Shown piece by piece: positions 39,301 through 53,254 of a DNA stretch of 64,000 nt; position 1 is the first letter of the stretch, and each line of letters begins with the position of its first letter. The translations under genes were made by a program, and so were the position numbers. Below the pieces are notes generated by a model that had not been told where the DNA came from, made no database searches, and saw nothing but the letters and a program-made list of their open reading frames with translations. The stretch comes from Antedon mediterranea (taxonomy: Eukaryota > Animalia > Echinodermata), in contig NC_092678.1 of the NCBI RefSeq assembly GCF_964355755.1, forward strand, positions 760,422-824,421, in the 5' to 3' direction.

Positions 39301-42300
39301 AAGTGTTTATTTGTCATGTTTTAAACGATATTGTTGATATCACTTACTTGCTGGCCTGTGCCTGGAATATTGTAATCACTCAGCCTCACTTTGACATTGC
39401 TTCCTGCTGATGTACAACCAAATAAGGAGTACCAACCAACCTACAAAAAAAACACACAACCAAATAAGGAGTACCAACCAACCTACAAAAAAAACACACA
39501 ACCAAATAAGGAGTACCAACCAACCTACAAAAAAACACACGTGATGAATTTGTTGTGAAAATAAAACATTTTAACTGACTGGCTTACTGTTCTTTTTTTG
39601 TCATTCAATTCATTTGTTCAAAATCTTTAAATTTTTCCTTCTGTCACAGACAAAATTATATCAATATCAATAGATGGTGTACAGCAAACATGACTACTAA
39701 TATACAACACCATGAAAAACAAATACAAATCAACACCACATGTTCAATATTATAAAATGGTTAATATTCCTTACCTTTTCTTGTGGGTTAAAGACACCTG
39801 GTTTGAATACCATTGTCCTGTCTGTCCTACACAGCAGAACTGGGGGTGGTGGAATGCTATTGTCACTTGTGTTCTTTGGTGTCGTGTTTTGCTTGTACAG
39901 TTTATACTCTTCTTCTTGGGCCTTGGTAATTAATGCCATGGCATCCTACAGCGGGGGATAAACATAAATATTGCAAGGCTTTTTTTTATTGTACACTGTG
40001 AGGAGAATGAGAATTCCTTTTATTAAAAAACAGATACCATATAAGAGATCATTGTGTGCTTGTATACCTCCAAGAACTGTTTGGGTGTTCCATCTGAGTG
40101 AACTTGACCTGAGTGACCTTGTTTAAAGCTCTGCAGTGACTTCTGCATTAAGAACAATGCTTTATATATGTTGTTTTTTTTACATTTTGCTTCTAGCTCC
40201 TCTATTGATTCCACATGAATATCCTCTTGCTTACTGCAGGCCTACAATGAAATTAAAACAAGTGTCATACAAGTAACAAATATTGTTATGATGCAGCAAT
40301 AAATAATATATTGTTATGTAGTTCATATATTCAGAACTACATATCAATATACTAATCAAAACCAGAGGAAAATATAATAAGTATATAATAATAAATAAGT
40401 AATATATATAGTATATGAAGCACATAATTTGCTGGTCTCCCTCACTCAAAGGCAATGTATATGTCAACTGAAACAAGAAATGAGCACGGTAACTTAATTT
40501 CCAATCCCTAGGTTACACAGAAAAGGAGGATTATAAAGAAACTACGCTCTAGTTATACGGTGTATTATAATTTAAATAAAACAATAAATATTGTACCTCT
40601 ACAGGACTCCTCTTATTAGTTGACCTCTTGAACTTTGACCGTGTAAGACTTGCTGGATCTGGTCCCATAGCAACCAGCTTGATGCAAACTCGATGATACA
40701 TGAAGAGCAGCTCCAAGTGGAGATCTCGAAGGATGTTATGGACTCCTTCAGGATTAGCATCATCTGTTGTCTTGTTGTCCTTCATCCAACTAATATCAGA
40801 GATAGACTTACCATCGGTCAGCGCGACAGCTTCTCTGGCGAGTGACATTCCTTGCAGTGCTCTTATCAAGATGCCTCTGGCCGTCACCAACTGTTCCCTT
40901 GCTCCTTGTACTAGGATAGTTGCTGTGTACAGTGAGGTACTGACGTGTATTGCTACATCAGGGCCTTCACTCACAATGCTCTTTGTGGGAGACTTGCTGG
41001 CAGCTGAAGCTGTAATATCAATTAAGAAATTGTAAAGCTCTCACTACACTATCAAACTAGTTTGACAAATATGGTAGTGATAAGCTTAAATATGGTAGTG
41101 ATATGACATCATCATATCCATATATGGGCACATCAAAATTTTTAGCCACATAAGGTTTGACAGCAATGATAGTTGATAGTAAGAAGTGTACATACTAGAC
41201 TGTTTCATTGAACCTTGAATCAGGATAGTTGTAGTGTAGAGAGATATTGCCCTTTTTAAGAATTTTACAATGTACATTGGACCAGATATTACACATAAAA
41301 CATCTTTCATACCACACAAGGGTCACTTTGTGTCAAGTTCTGCCATCAAAAGATGCTCATCCGTCATTGTCAATGTTATACTCAATGAAAATTCAAAATA
41401 TAGAATTGCTAACAGTTTTAATGTATTAAAAATACATGACAAAAGAAGCTTACTTGGAATGGCTGTGTTGTTGCCCTCTTTGCCTGGCTGTTTTCTGTCG
41501 GTTTCTTGTTTGGTATCTTGAGCCGCATTATTCTCAAGCACCAAAGCTAAGCGAATAGCAACCTCAGCCGTCACCCCTGGGTCAACGTTGTTCAAACCGC
41601 ACCAGTACATCACTTCATGTATAATGTTGAGGATGTGTACCCACTGGAATTGAACAAGTGATATATTTCACTTTACTAACCATTCATGCCAAAAGATATA
41701 GTGAACTTTCAATATGCAATGTTGATCTAGGACTTAAGCTCTGTCTACACTATCAAACTTTATGTAACAAAAAAAATGTGATGTGCCCATATATGGACAT
41801 GATGATGTCATATCACTACCATATTTGGGCACATCACATTTTTTGGGAGTCAAATTAGTTTGATAGTGTAGACAGAGCTTAACCCTTCATTTCAGAAGAC
41901 TGAGACATGGACCATACTAATGTATGTTATGTATATAAGTTACTCACCTTGCCAGGTTGATCCATCCTTTGCAGGTACTTTCCACTATCTGTTGCTCCTG
42001 TCTGGAACTTCTGAAACACTGCCTTACACTTTGACCATAAAAACAGTGTAGCATCAACCATCATATCACGGTCAATGCTTTCCTATAAAAAAACAATGTA
42101 TATTGGTAGATAAAGATTTTTGCATTAGGTTCACGATCGTGTGACTCAATTACACATTAAACCGTCTGACAGCCTAGCTACTAAGTTAGTGCTGATGAAG
42201 AATCCTCGGATGAGGTTCGAAAATGTCCCAGGTATGTGAAATTTTGCTTGATTGCGAGATTTAGTTTAAGTTATCTTATAATAAGATAATTTGATTTTGA

Positions 42301-45300
42301 TTTGAGTTTAGTTTAGTTTTGATGGGTAAGTTTAGGCGGTGTGTGCCTTTTTAACCCCATTTCCACAACGAATCCAGTCGGATTTAAAATGTGTTGGTGG
42401 AGAACATGGTTGTGTGAAATCAAGTCAGACTTACAGCCATTGTATCTTGAATACAGGAGTACAGGACCTCAGCCAGCTGCACCATCTCATCACTTGTAGA
42501 AACTGTACGATGGGACACTATTGTTAAATAAACAAACTAATATAACATACTTTACTATGCATAACCACAACAAATAAATATAAACAATTTAACAATAAAC
42601 AATCACAACTGTTAAAATAGAGTTACTACGTTATACATGAAATGATGGCGCTACCAACAATAAAGTGTCATGTGACAGCATTGTGACAGCATTGTGTCAC
42701 CACTCCTGAATAACACGAGTTTACATAATCTTTTTTTAATTCTTTCATTCTTTGTATTGGATCATTCAAAAGAAAATGATAAGAATAAAGCTCTATTAAA
42801 TGATAAGAGTAAAGCTCTATTAAATGATAAGAGTAAAGCTCTATTAAATGATAAGAGTAAAGCTCTATTAAATGATAAGAGTAAAGCTCTATTAAATGAA
42901 AAGAGTAAAGCTCTATTAAATGATAAGAGTAAAGCTCTATTAAATGATAAGAGTAAAGCTCTATTAAATGATAAGAGTAAAGCTCTATTAAATGATAAGA
43001 GTAAAGCTCTATTAAATGATAAGAGTAAAGCTCTATTAAATGATAAGAGTAAAGCTCTATTAAATGATAAGAGTAAAGCTCTATTAAATGATAAGAGTAA
43101 AGCTCTATTAAATGATAAGAGTAAAGCTCTATTAAATGATAAGAGTAAAGCTCTATTAAATGATAAGAGTAAAGCTCTATTAAATGATAAGAATAAAGCT
43201 CTATTAAATGATAAGAATAAAGCTCTATTAAATGATAAGAGTAAAGCTCTATTAAATTGTACTAGAGGGTGAGCTCGCTTCGCTCGCTCCCCTCTAGGAA
43301 GTGTAGACGATGGTTCTCGGAATGATAATGTTCTCCTTATACGTTTTCTGTCGGTTACCATTATTGAAAATGCTTGACATTCGTAAAACTAAACTACTTT
43401 GTTTCACAGTGTTTTAGATGATTAATAACATTTTAAAGTACAGTTTTTATTGTTTGGTAGGGCCCTTTGGGGAGGCGGAGGTCATTTGAGGGAGGTGCTT
43501 ATTCGAGGGATATATGTTAAATTTTGTAGTTTTAATAATATGGTAACATTTATAATAAAATGAAATCCTCTAATAGATATGAAAAGTGCTAAAAAAGAAT
43601 AACAAATGCTTGGTAAATTGTAGATAACAGTGCGGTGAATTCTACTACAAATAGTATAATTGTGTTGTTATAAATATGTGGATGGACGTTTATTAGATAG
43701 TTGGGTTGTTGGGGGGGGGGGGGGTTATTATTCAAAGTGATGTTTTATTGGAGAGGCGTTTATTCAAATGAATACCATCCTAATAATTATTAATACATTA
43801 TTTAATTTAATCATCTTTTGAAACTAACTGCCGTGACAGAGTGGGCCCAAGAAAGAAGAACTTACGGCTTGCAACATGGGCAGACATCTCGGTCCTAACG
43901 GGACACAGGAAGATAGCCTACAGTTATTCCTGCAAGCTTACTCAATAAAACTCAGCTATCGGGATTTCACTCGAAAAATGTCTTATCATCAAATCTCCCT
44001 ATGTAATTTTATAATACTATTCCCCACAATATATTCTGATTCTTTATGGCGTATATTTAATTTGATCTTTATTAATTTGCAGTATAATTCCTATTATTTA
44101 ACTACTGTACCTTCACACACGCGCGGTATGTTTTAAAATAAACAAAAAACTGAAATGGCTATGATTATATCTGATTTTTTTTTCGTCTTCCAAAGGGACA
44201 TTGTATTGATTGATGGAAAGTGCCTGTTTCCAGTCACCTTTAGGGTCAAATCTATTATTTTAACTGCTCCCTTGTGTATAAAAGAGAGAAAATATTTGAA
44301 ACCAGGTTGTTGCAAGGTGAACTTATCTTAAACCCGGAAATTACTTTGACCGGGAAGAATTGAAATTGAGATGAAAATCTAATGTTGAAATCATAAATTG
44401 TGTTAAAAAACTCTTTATAATATCTTCCTAAGATAGAAATATGGAACAATAGCGTCGCTGTGAACACTAATGTTATCAAATCTACGTTTCGCGTTACATC
44501 TCAGATAGATAAGGTAGGTATCCAAGGCGGAGATTTGTACCGAAGTTTTTGCATTGTGCTCGCCTATGTCAGAATTAACCATAATTTATATATAGATGTG
44601 AAAAAAATGTGATGTGCCCTGCATATATGGACATGTTATATCACTAACATATTTGGGCACTTTTTTTTCTCAAACTAACTTGTTAGTGTAGATAGAGGTT
44701 ACCTTGAGCCGATATGTTCCGAGTTCCCGTCCCCGTAGCCTCATTGTATTCCTCGGCTTGTTTCTTAGTTTTCCTATTCACATTCACAACTTCCATGCAT
44801 TGGATAAGTTCTAATGCCTTCAGATCAGCAGCGTATTCTGGTGACTCAAGTGACTGTAAATACAAAATAAATAGTAAAAATAATTACTTTTTATAGCTTG
44901 GAATCTAGTCTTTTAAACTACAATATTCCTATTGCCTTTAGGAGCTGTAGCTTGGTGGTTAACATGCTTGCCTTCCAATCCCAACGTCCGGGGTTCAATC
45001 CTGACCTACTGCCAGGGTTGTAACTCACAACTCTTTCAACTCCACTCTCTAAGACTCAAATGAGACTTAGTTTATAAGCAAACTAAATTATTAAATAGTT
45101 TATCCATCCTGTAATTAGTGAGTAACACGCTGTTGGATGCGTATGAAAAAAAAAAGAAAAAAAACCGAGGACCAGTGACAGATCCAGGATGAGGTAGTAG
45201 GGCCAAATATTTGTAAAGTGTTGAACTTAACCTAATGTCCTTTAGGGGCCTGTAATTAAAGGTGTTGAAAGGGCCTCCACAATATTTTCACTCAGTTATT

Positions 45301-48300
45301 ATTTTAAATGAAGTTTAACAAAACAGATAAAAGAGTTTCTTAAATACCTTGATTTTTTCAAGCAACAGAGCAATCAATAAATCATACACCTCCCATTGTT
45401 CATAATTATAGGCCCACTTAACAAACTTGACAACAGCACTTAAGGTGACCCCATCCTCACCAGCGCAAGCCATCTCCATTACAGTTCTATCCAAGACAAC
45501 GCCAGAAAGGGTCACGTCACTGATTGTGCTGGGAGCCGTTCTCGGATTTTTACCCCCTCCACCTGTGGCAGAAAAAAGTTTATATTAATAAAAATGGCAT
45601 TGTAACTAATTAGCTATAATTTCCATCTACCTATCATAGGAATCCTGTTGTGTTGTGTGCTGAACACAACAAATTCTGAATGACTCGGATAGACTTTCTT
45701 TATCAGTGCTTCTACGAATGGATGACTTTTGGAAGCAGGAACGCTAGTAGACCAAACCCAATACCGGTTTGATTAAAAAAATTCTAGAAATTTCCTCATG
45801 ACTCTTAATCATCTCATTTCAATTGTGCCTTAATCAATTAACTCATGAACCTCATTTATTAAAAGGAATTGAAATTTGTTTTTTTCATACCAGAGATTAT
45901 TTCCATTCCGGCAAAGAACATTTCAGTGAACGTGTCCAGAATGTAATCTTCAGAGTCAGCTGCCGGAGGGCTAGTGAGCAAAGTGCGACGAGTACTATCA
46001 CTTAGTGTATCCAACAATGCTAAGAACTGGGCTGCACTGCCCTCAAACATGTCCGATAACAGTTTCTCAACTGGTGTTCTAGGCCATGGAAGCTGAAAGT
46101 AAATAGTCAAAATTATTAGTATTTTGGCGGTAAACATTTCATTGTTGAAAAGTTTCATTAATTATGGATTAATGGATTAAACACAGTTAAATTTCATGTA
46201 CGCTATGTGCTTCAAGAGAGAAGTAAAGTTAGATTGAGAAATGTTATTATTGAAATATAACAGTACTTTATCACATTTTTTAAAATAAAAAACCTAAATA
46301 TTAAATTAAACTACTGTTGGTGTTCTGTTTTATAGACAGAAATAAAATAATGAAGGTGGAATAAGAAAAAAATCTTTAGTTTAAAGTTAAAAACACAAAA
46401 ATGAAGACGGTGCTGCCTGTTAAAAAAATGAACATTTAGTTACATTTTAGTTACATTTTATAGAAGTTTATATAGTGTGTTTATTCACAAATCATCAAAG
46501 AATTAACATATAGAATGAGCTGGACTAAATGTTAGGTACATAATACCTATGCTGATGTTAAGAATAGCTGAATTAGTGACAGTTTAACAGAATTATTCAC
46601 CAAATGTTATATTAATATTAGTTCCCATAATGAAAGAAAGGTGCATAATGATCGAAAGCTCTAAAGAAGTAAATTTCACATTTAAACAAATTCTAACTTA
46701 TACAATTCTGTAGAGAGGTTAATAGTAGAATGTTTAAATTGTTAGAATGGTGATAAGTACGATGCACTCATGTGTGACATTACTCACTGATCCCGGTTTT
46801 TTGTAAAGGTCGTCTAGTCTTTGTTTAGACGTTTTATGCCAAATTAATCTACCATCGCTTGCTACTAACGTCATCACACGCACTTCCGTTGGCTAAATAA
46901 TCGCATTTGTTGCAAAGACAAAATTTTAAGTATAAAAACTCACCAGTTAAAAAGCTCATGTATTACAAAAAAAATAATTATTGGCAAAAATAAAACCCTT
47001 GAATGTAAAATATATATATAAAATGAAAATGATTATGCTTGAAAATCGTTTAATAAGCAAATCCTAATATATACTGTATGATACCATGCATGTAAGGTTG
47101 TTAATTTAGCAAATTTATTAATAAAAATAATTTTAATATTTATTTTAATCATGTAACACAAAAAGCTGAACTAATATTCCATATTTGGAAGTGAATACCA
47201 GTAAATATTTATACAACAATATTTACAATTCAATAGTGAACATTGTTAATTAGCAAAGTAATATTAATGCGAGCTTTGGTTTTGGGACGACAGACGGTAT
47301 TTAAACAGACTCTGACGGTTATGGAATGTCAGACAGATACTTGTTCAACTTGTCACAATCCGCATTTCTTCGTTTACAACCCTAAAAAATAAGCTTGTTA
47401 ATATCAACATGGACGATTTGATGATGTCATCATTGTGGCGTATTTACCGACTGGGCATCTTTTATGTTACTCCTGGTCTTTGGCCGTAGAAGTCCTTTGG
47501 GTCTTTTACGAGTATCAAACACTGTTCGTTTGTACACCATTATACCAAGCTGAAATAAATCAAAAACATCTATGTACAAAGGTTGGTAAGAGAAGATGAT
47601 GACGAGGACCTAATAAAATGTTGATAGATGCAGTGAGTGAGGACACCTAAAGGCCAGACAGCGAGAGAAGGTTGTACATGTTTTCCCGACGACCTAAAAA
47701 CTATGCCTGACACAAGATACAACAACATCGTTGTACAACGCTGTCTGAGTTGGCCTTAAGAGTCAAGAGGATCTAATAAAATGTTAATGGATGTAATAAG
47801 TGAGGACGTTCAGAATGAAGGGATAGACAAGTAAGCTAAATGAAGGGATAGACAAGTAGGCTAAATGAAGGGATAGACAAGTAGGCTAAATGAACGGATA
47901 GACAAGTAGGCTAAATGAAGGGATAAACAAGTAGGCTAAATAAAGGGATAAACAAGTAGGCTAAATGAAGGGATAGACAAGTAGGCTAAATGGAGGGATA
48001 GACAAGTAGGCTAAATGAAGGGATAGACAAGTAGGCTAAATGAAGGGATAGACAAGTAGGCTAAATGAAGGGATAGACAAGTAGGCTAAATGAAGGGATA
48101 GACAAGTGGGCTAAATGAAGGGATAGACAAGTAGGCTAAATGAAGGGATAGACAAGTGGGCTAAATGAAGGGATAGACAAGTAGGCTAAATGAAGGGATA
48201 GACAAGTAGGCTAAATGAAGGGATAGACAAGTAGGCTAAATGAAGGGATAGACAAGTAGGCTAAATGAATGGATAGACAAGTAGGCTAAATGAAGGGATA

Positions 48301-51300
48301 GACAAGTAGGCTAAATGAAGGGATAGACAAGTAGGCTAAATGGAGGGATAGACAAGTAGGCTAAATGAAGGGATAGACAAGTAGGCTAAATGGAGGGATA
48401 GACAAGTAGGCTAAATGAAGGGATAAACAAGTAGGCTAAATGGAGGGATAGACAAGTAGGCTAAATGAAGGGATAGACAAGTAGGCTAAATGAAGGGATA
48501 GACAAGTAGGCTAAATGGAGGGATAGACAAGTAGGCTAAATGGAGGGATAGACAAGTAGGCTAAATGGAGGGATAGACAAGTAGGCTAAATGGAGGGATA
48601 GTCAAGTAGGCTAAATGAAGGGATAGACAAGTAGGCTAAATGAAGGGATAGACAAGTAGGCTAAATGAAGGGATAGACAAGTGGGCTAAATGAAGGGATA
48701 GACAAGTAGGCTAAATGAAGGGATAGACAAGTAGGCTAAATGAAGGGATAGACAAGTAGGCTAAATGGAGGGATAGACAAGTAGGCTAAATGGAGGGATA
48801 GACAAGTAGGCTAAATGGAGGGATAGTCAAGTAGGCTAAATGAAGGGATAGACAAGTAGGCTAAATGAAGGGATAGACAAGTAGGCTAAATGAAGGGATA
48901 GACAAGTAGGCTAAATGAAGGGATAGACAAGTAGGCTAAATGGAAGGATAGACAAGTAGGCTAAATGAAGGGATAGACAAGTGGGCTAAATGAAGGGATA
49001 GACAAGTAGGCTAAATGAAGGGATAGACAAGTAGGCTAAATGGAAGGATAGACAAGTAGGCTAAATGAAGGGATAGACAAGTGGGCTAAATGAAGGGATA
49101 GACAAGTAGGCTAAATGAAGGGATAGACAAGTGGGCTAAATGAAGGGATAGACAAGTAGGCTAAATGGAGGGATAGACAAGTAGGCTAAATGGAGGGATA
49201 GACAAGTAGGCTAAATGGAGGGATAGACAAGTAGGCTAAATGGAAGGATAGACAAGTAGGCTAAATGAAGGGATAGACAAGTGGGCTAAATGAAGGGATA
49301 GACAAGTAGGCTAAATGGAAGGATAGACAAGTAGGCTAAATGGAGGGATAGACAAGTAGGCTAAATGAAGGGATAGACAAGTAGGCTAAATGAAGGGATA
49401 GACAAGTAGGCTAAATGAAGGGATAGACAAGTGGGCTAAATGAAGGGATAGACAAGTAGGCTAAATGAAGGGATAGACAAGTAGGCTAAATGAATGGATA
49501 GACAAGTGGGCTAAATGGAGGGATAGACAAGTAGGCTAAATGAAGGGATAGACAAGTAGGCTAAATGGAGGGATAGACAAGTAGGCTAAATGGAGGGATA
49601 GACAAGTAGGCTAAATGAAGGGATAGACAAGTAGGCTAAATGGAAGGATAGACAAGTAGGCTAAATGGAGGGATAGACAAGTAGGCTAAATGAAGGGATA
49701 GACAAGTAGGCTAAATGAAGGGATAGACAAGTGGGCTAAATGAAGGGATAGACAAGTAGGCTAAATGGAAGGATAGACAAGTAGGCTAAATGAAGGGATA
49801 GACAAGTAGGCTAAATGGAAGGATAGACAAGTAGGCTAAATGGAGGGATAGACAAGTAGGCTAAATGAAGGGATAGACAAGTAGGCTAAATGAAGGGATA
49901 GACAAGTGGGCTAAATGAAGGGATAGACAAGTAGGCTAAATGAAGGGATAGACAAGTAGGCTAAATGAATGGATAGACAAGTGGGCTAAATGGAGGGATA
50001 GACAAGTAGGCTAAATGAAGGGATAGACAAGTAGGCTAAATGGAGGGATAGACAAGTAGGCTAAATGAAGGGATAGACAAGTAGGCTAAATGGAGGGATA
50101 GACAAGTAGGCTAAATGGAGGGATAGACAAGTAGGCTAAATGGAGGGATAGACAAGTAGGCTAAATGAAGGGATAGACAAGTAGGCTAAATGGAGGGATA
50201 GACAAGTAGGCTAAATGGAGGGATAGACAAGTAGGCTAAATGGAGGGATAGACAAGTAGGCTAAATGGAGGGATAGACAAGTAGGCTAAATGAAGGGATA
50301 GACAAGTAGGCTAAATGGAGGGATAGTCAAGTAGGCTAAATGGAGGGATAGACAAGTAGGCTAAATGGAGGGATAGACAAGTAGGCTAAATGAAGGGATA
50401 GACAAGTAGGCTAAATGGAGGGATAGACAAGTAGGCTAAATGGAGGGATAGACAAGTAGGCTAAATGGAGGGATAGACAAGTAGGCTAAATGAAGGGATA
50501 AACAAGTAGGCTAAATGGAGGGATAGTCAAGTAGGCTAAATGGAGGGATAGACAAGTAGGCTAAATGGAGGGATAGACAAGTAGGCTAAATGGAGGGATA
50601 GACAAGTAGGCTAAATGGAGGGATAGACAAGTAGGCTAAATGGAGGGATAGACAAGTAGGCTAAATGGAGGGATAGACAAGTAGGCTAAATGAAGGGATA
50701 AACAAGTAGGCTAAATGGAGGGATAGACAAGTAGGCTAAATGAAGGGATAGACAAGTAGGCTAAATGAAGGGATAGACAAGTAGGCTAAATGAAGGGATA
50801 GACAAGTAGGCTAAATGGAGGGATAGACAAGTAGGCTAAATGAAGGGATAGACAAGTAGGCTAAATGGAGGGATAGACAAGTAGGCTAAATGAAGGGATA
50901 GACAAGTAGGCTAAATGGAAGGATAGACAAGTAGGCTAAATGAAGGGATAGACAAGTAGGCTAAATGAAGGGATAGACAAGTAGGCTAAATGAAGGGATA
51001 GACAAGTAGGCTAAATGAAGGGATAGACAAGTGGGCTAAATGAAGGGATAGACAAGTGGGCTAAATGAATGGATAGACAAGTAGGCTAAATGAAGGGATA
51101 GACAAGTAGGCTAAATGAAGGGATAGACAAGTAGGCTAAATGAAGGGATAGACAAGTAGGCTAAATGAAGGGATAGACAAGTGGGCTAAATGAAGGGATA
51201 GACAAGTAGGCTAAATGGAGGGATAGACAAGTAGGCTAAATGAAGGGATAAACAAGTAGGCTAAATGAAGGGATAGACAAGTAGGCTAAATGAAGGGATA

Positions 51301-53191
51301 GACAAGTAGGCTAAATGAAGGGATAGACAAGTGGGCTAAATGAAGGGATAGACAAGTAGGCTAAATGAAGGGATAGACAAGTAGGCTAAATGAAGGGATA
51401 GACAAGTAGGCTAAATGGAGGGATAGACAAGTAGGCTAAATGAAGGGATAGACAAGTAGGCTAAATGAAGGGATAGACAAGTAGGCTAAATGGAGGGATA
51501 GACAAGTAGGCTAAATGGAGGGATAGTCAAGTAGGCTAAATGAAGGGATAGACAAGTAGGCTAAATGAAGGGATAGACAAGTAGGCTAAATGAAGGGATA
51601 GACAAGTGGGCTAAATGAAGGGATAGACAAGTAGGCTAAATGAAGGGATAGACAAGTAGGCTAAATGAAGGGATAGACAAGTAGGCTAAATGAAGGGATA
51701 GACAAGTAGGCTAAATGAAGGGATAGACAAGTAGGCTAAATGAAGGGATAGACAAGTGGGCTAAATGAAGGGATAGACAAGTAGGCTAAATGAAGGGATA
51801 GACAAGTAGGCTAAATGAAGGGATAGACAAGTAGGCTAAATGAAGGGATAGACAAGTGGGCTAAATGAAGGGATAGACAAGTAGGCTAAATGAAGGGATA
51901 GACAAGTAGGCTAAATGAAGGGATAGACAAGTAGGCTAAATGGAGGGATAGACAAGTAGGCTAAATGAAGGGATACACAAGTGGGCTAAATGAAGGGATA
52001 GACAAGTAGGCTAAATGGAAGGATAGACAAGTAGGCTAAATGGAGGGATAGACAAGTAGGCTAAATGGAGGGATAGACAAGTAGGCTAAATGGAGGGATA
52101 GACAAGTAGGCTAAATGGAGGGATAGACAAGTAGGCTAAATGGAGGGATAGACAAGTGGGCTAAATGAAGGGATAGACAAGTGGGCTAAATGAAGGGATA
52201 GACAAGTAGGCTAAATGAAGGGATAGACAAGTAGGCTAAATGAAGGGATAGACAAGTGGGCTAAATGAAGGGATAGACAAGTAGGCTAAATGAAGGGATA
52301 GACAAGTAGGCTAAATGAAGGGATAGACAAGTAGGCTAAATGGAGGGATAGACAAGTAGGCTAAATGAAGGGATACACAAGTGGGCTAAATGAAGGGATA
52401 GACAAGTAGGCTAAATGGAAGGATAGACAAGTAGGCTAAATGGAGGGATAGACAAGTAGGCTAAATGGAGGGATAGACAAGTAGGCTAAATGGAGGGATA
52501 GACAAGTAGGCTAAATGGAAGGATAGACAAGTAGGCTAAATGAAGGGATAGACAAGTGGGCTAAATGAAGGGATAGACAAGTAGGCTAAATGGAGGGATA
52601 GACAAGTAGGCTAAATGGAAGGATAGACAAGTAGGCTAAATGGAGGGATAGACAAGTAGGCTAAATGGAGGGATAGACAAGTAGGCTAAATGGAGGGATA
52701 GACAAGTAGGCTAAATGGAAGGATAGACAAGTAGGCTAAATGAAGGGATAGACAAGTAGGCTAAATGAAGGGATAGACAAGTAGGCTAAATGGAGGGATA
52801 GACAAGTAGGCTAAATGGAGGGATACACAAGTAGGCTAAACGAAGGGATAGACAAGTAGGCTAAATGAAATCACTGTGTTCCGTCACAAGTATAATACCA
52901 GAAACAAGTCAAAGTTCTCAAACATTTATTTGTTTATTTGTACAAAAATGCTTACCTTGACAGCAGCTTGTCTGAAGATATCCTCAATCTGCGGGCTACA
53001 CGCTGCTGAGCTGATCTTTTCCAATTGACTCAAGTCATTCACCTTTGATAGAGCACGTCTAGCAAAGCTCTGTCAATACCAAACATATAAATAGTAATAC
53101 AGTTAAACAGAAGGGACTATATTATGACAATAACTAGTGGTGTTTGTTTGTTGTTTGTGTTTGTTCTTGTATGTAAGATTGATTAAATCAA

Positions 53192-53254
<63 letters not shown>

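Noticed and set aside
42694-43361. 192 and 199 aa ORFs on both strands
   Set aside because: Translation of a 24 bp minisatellite.
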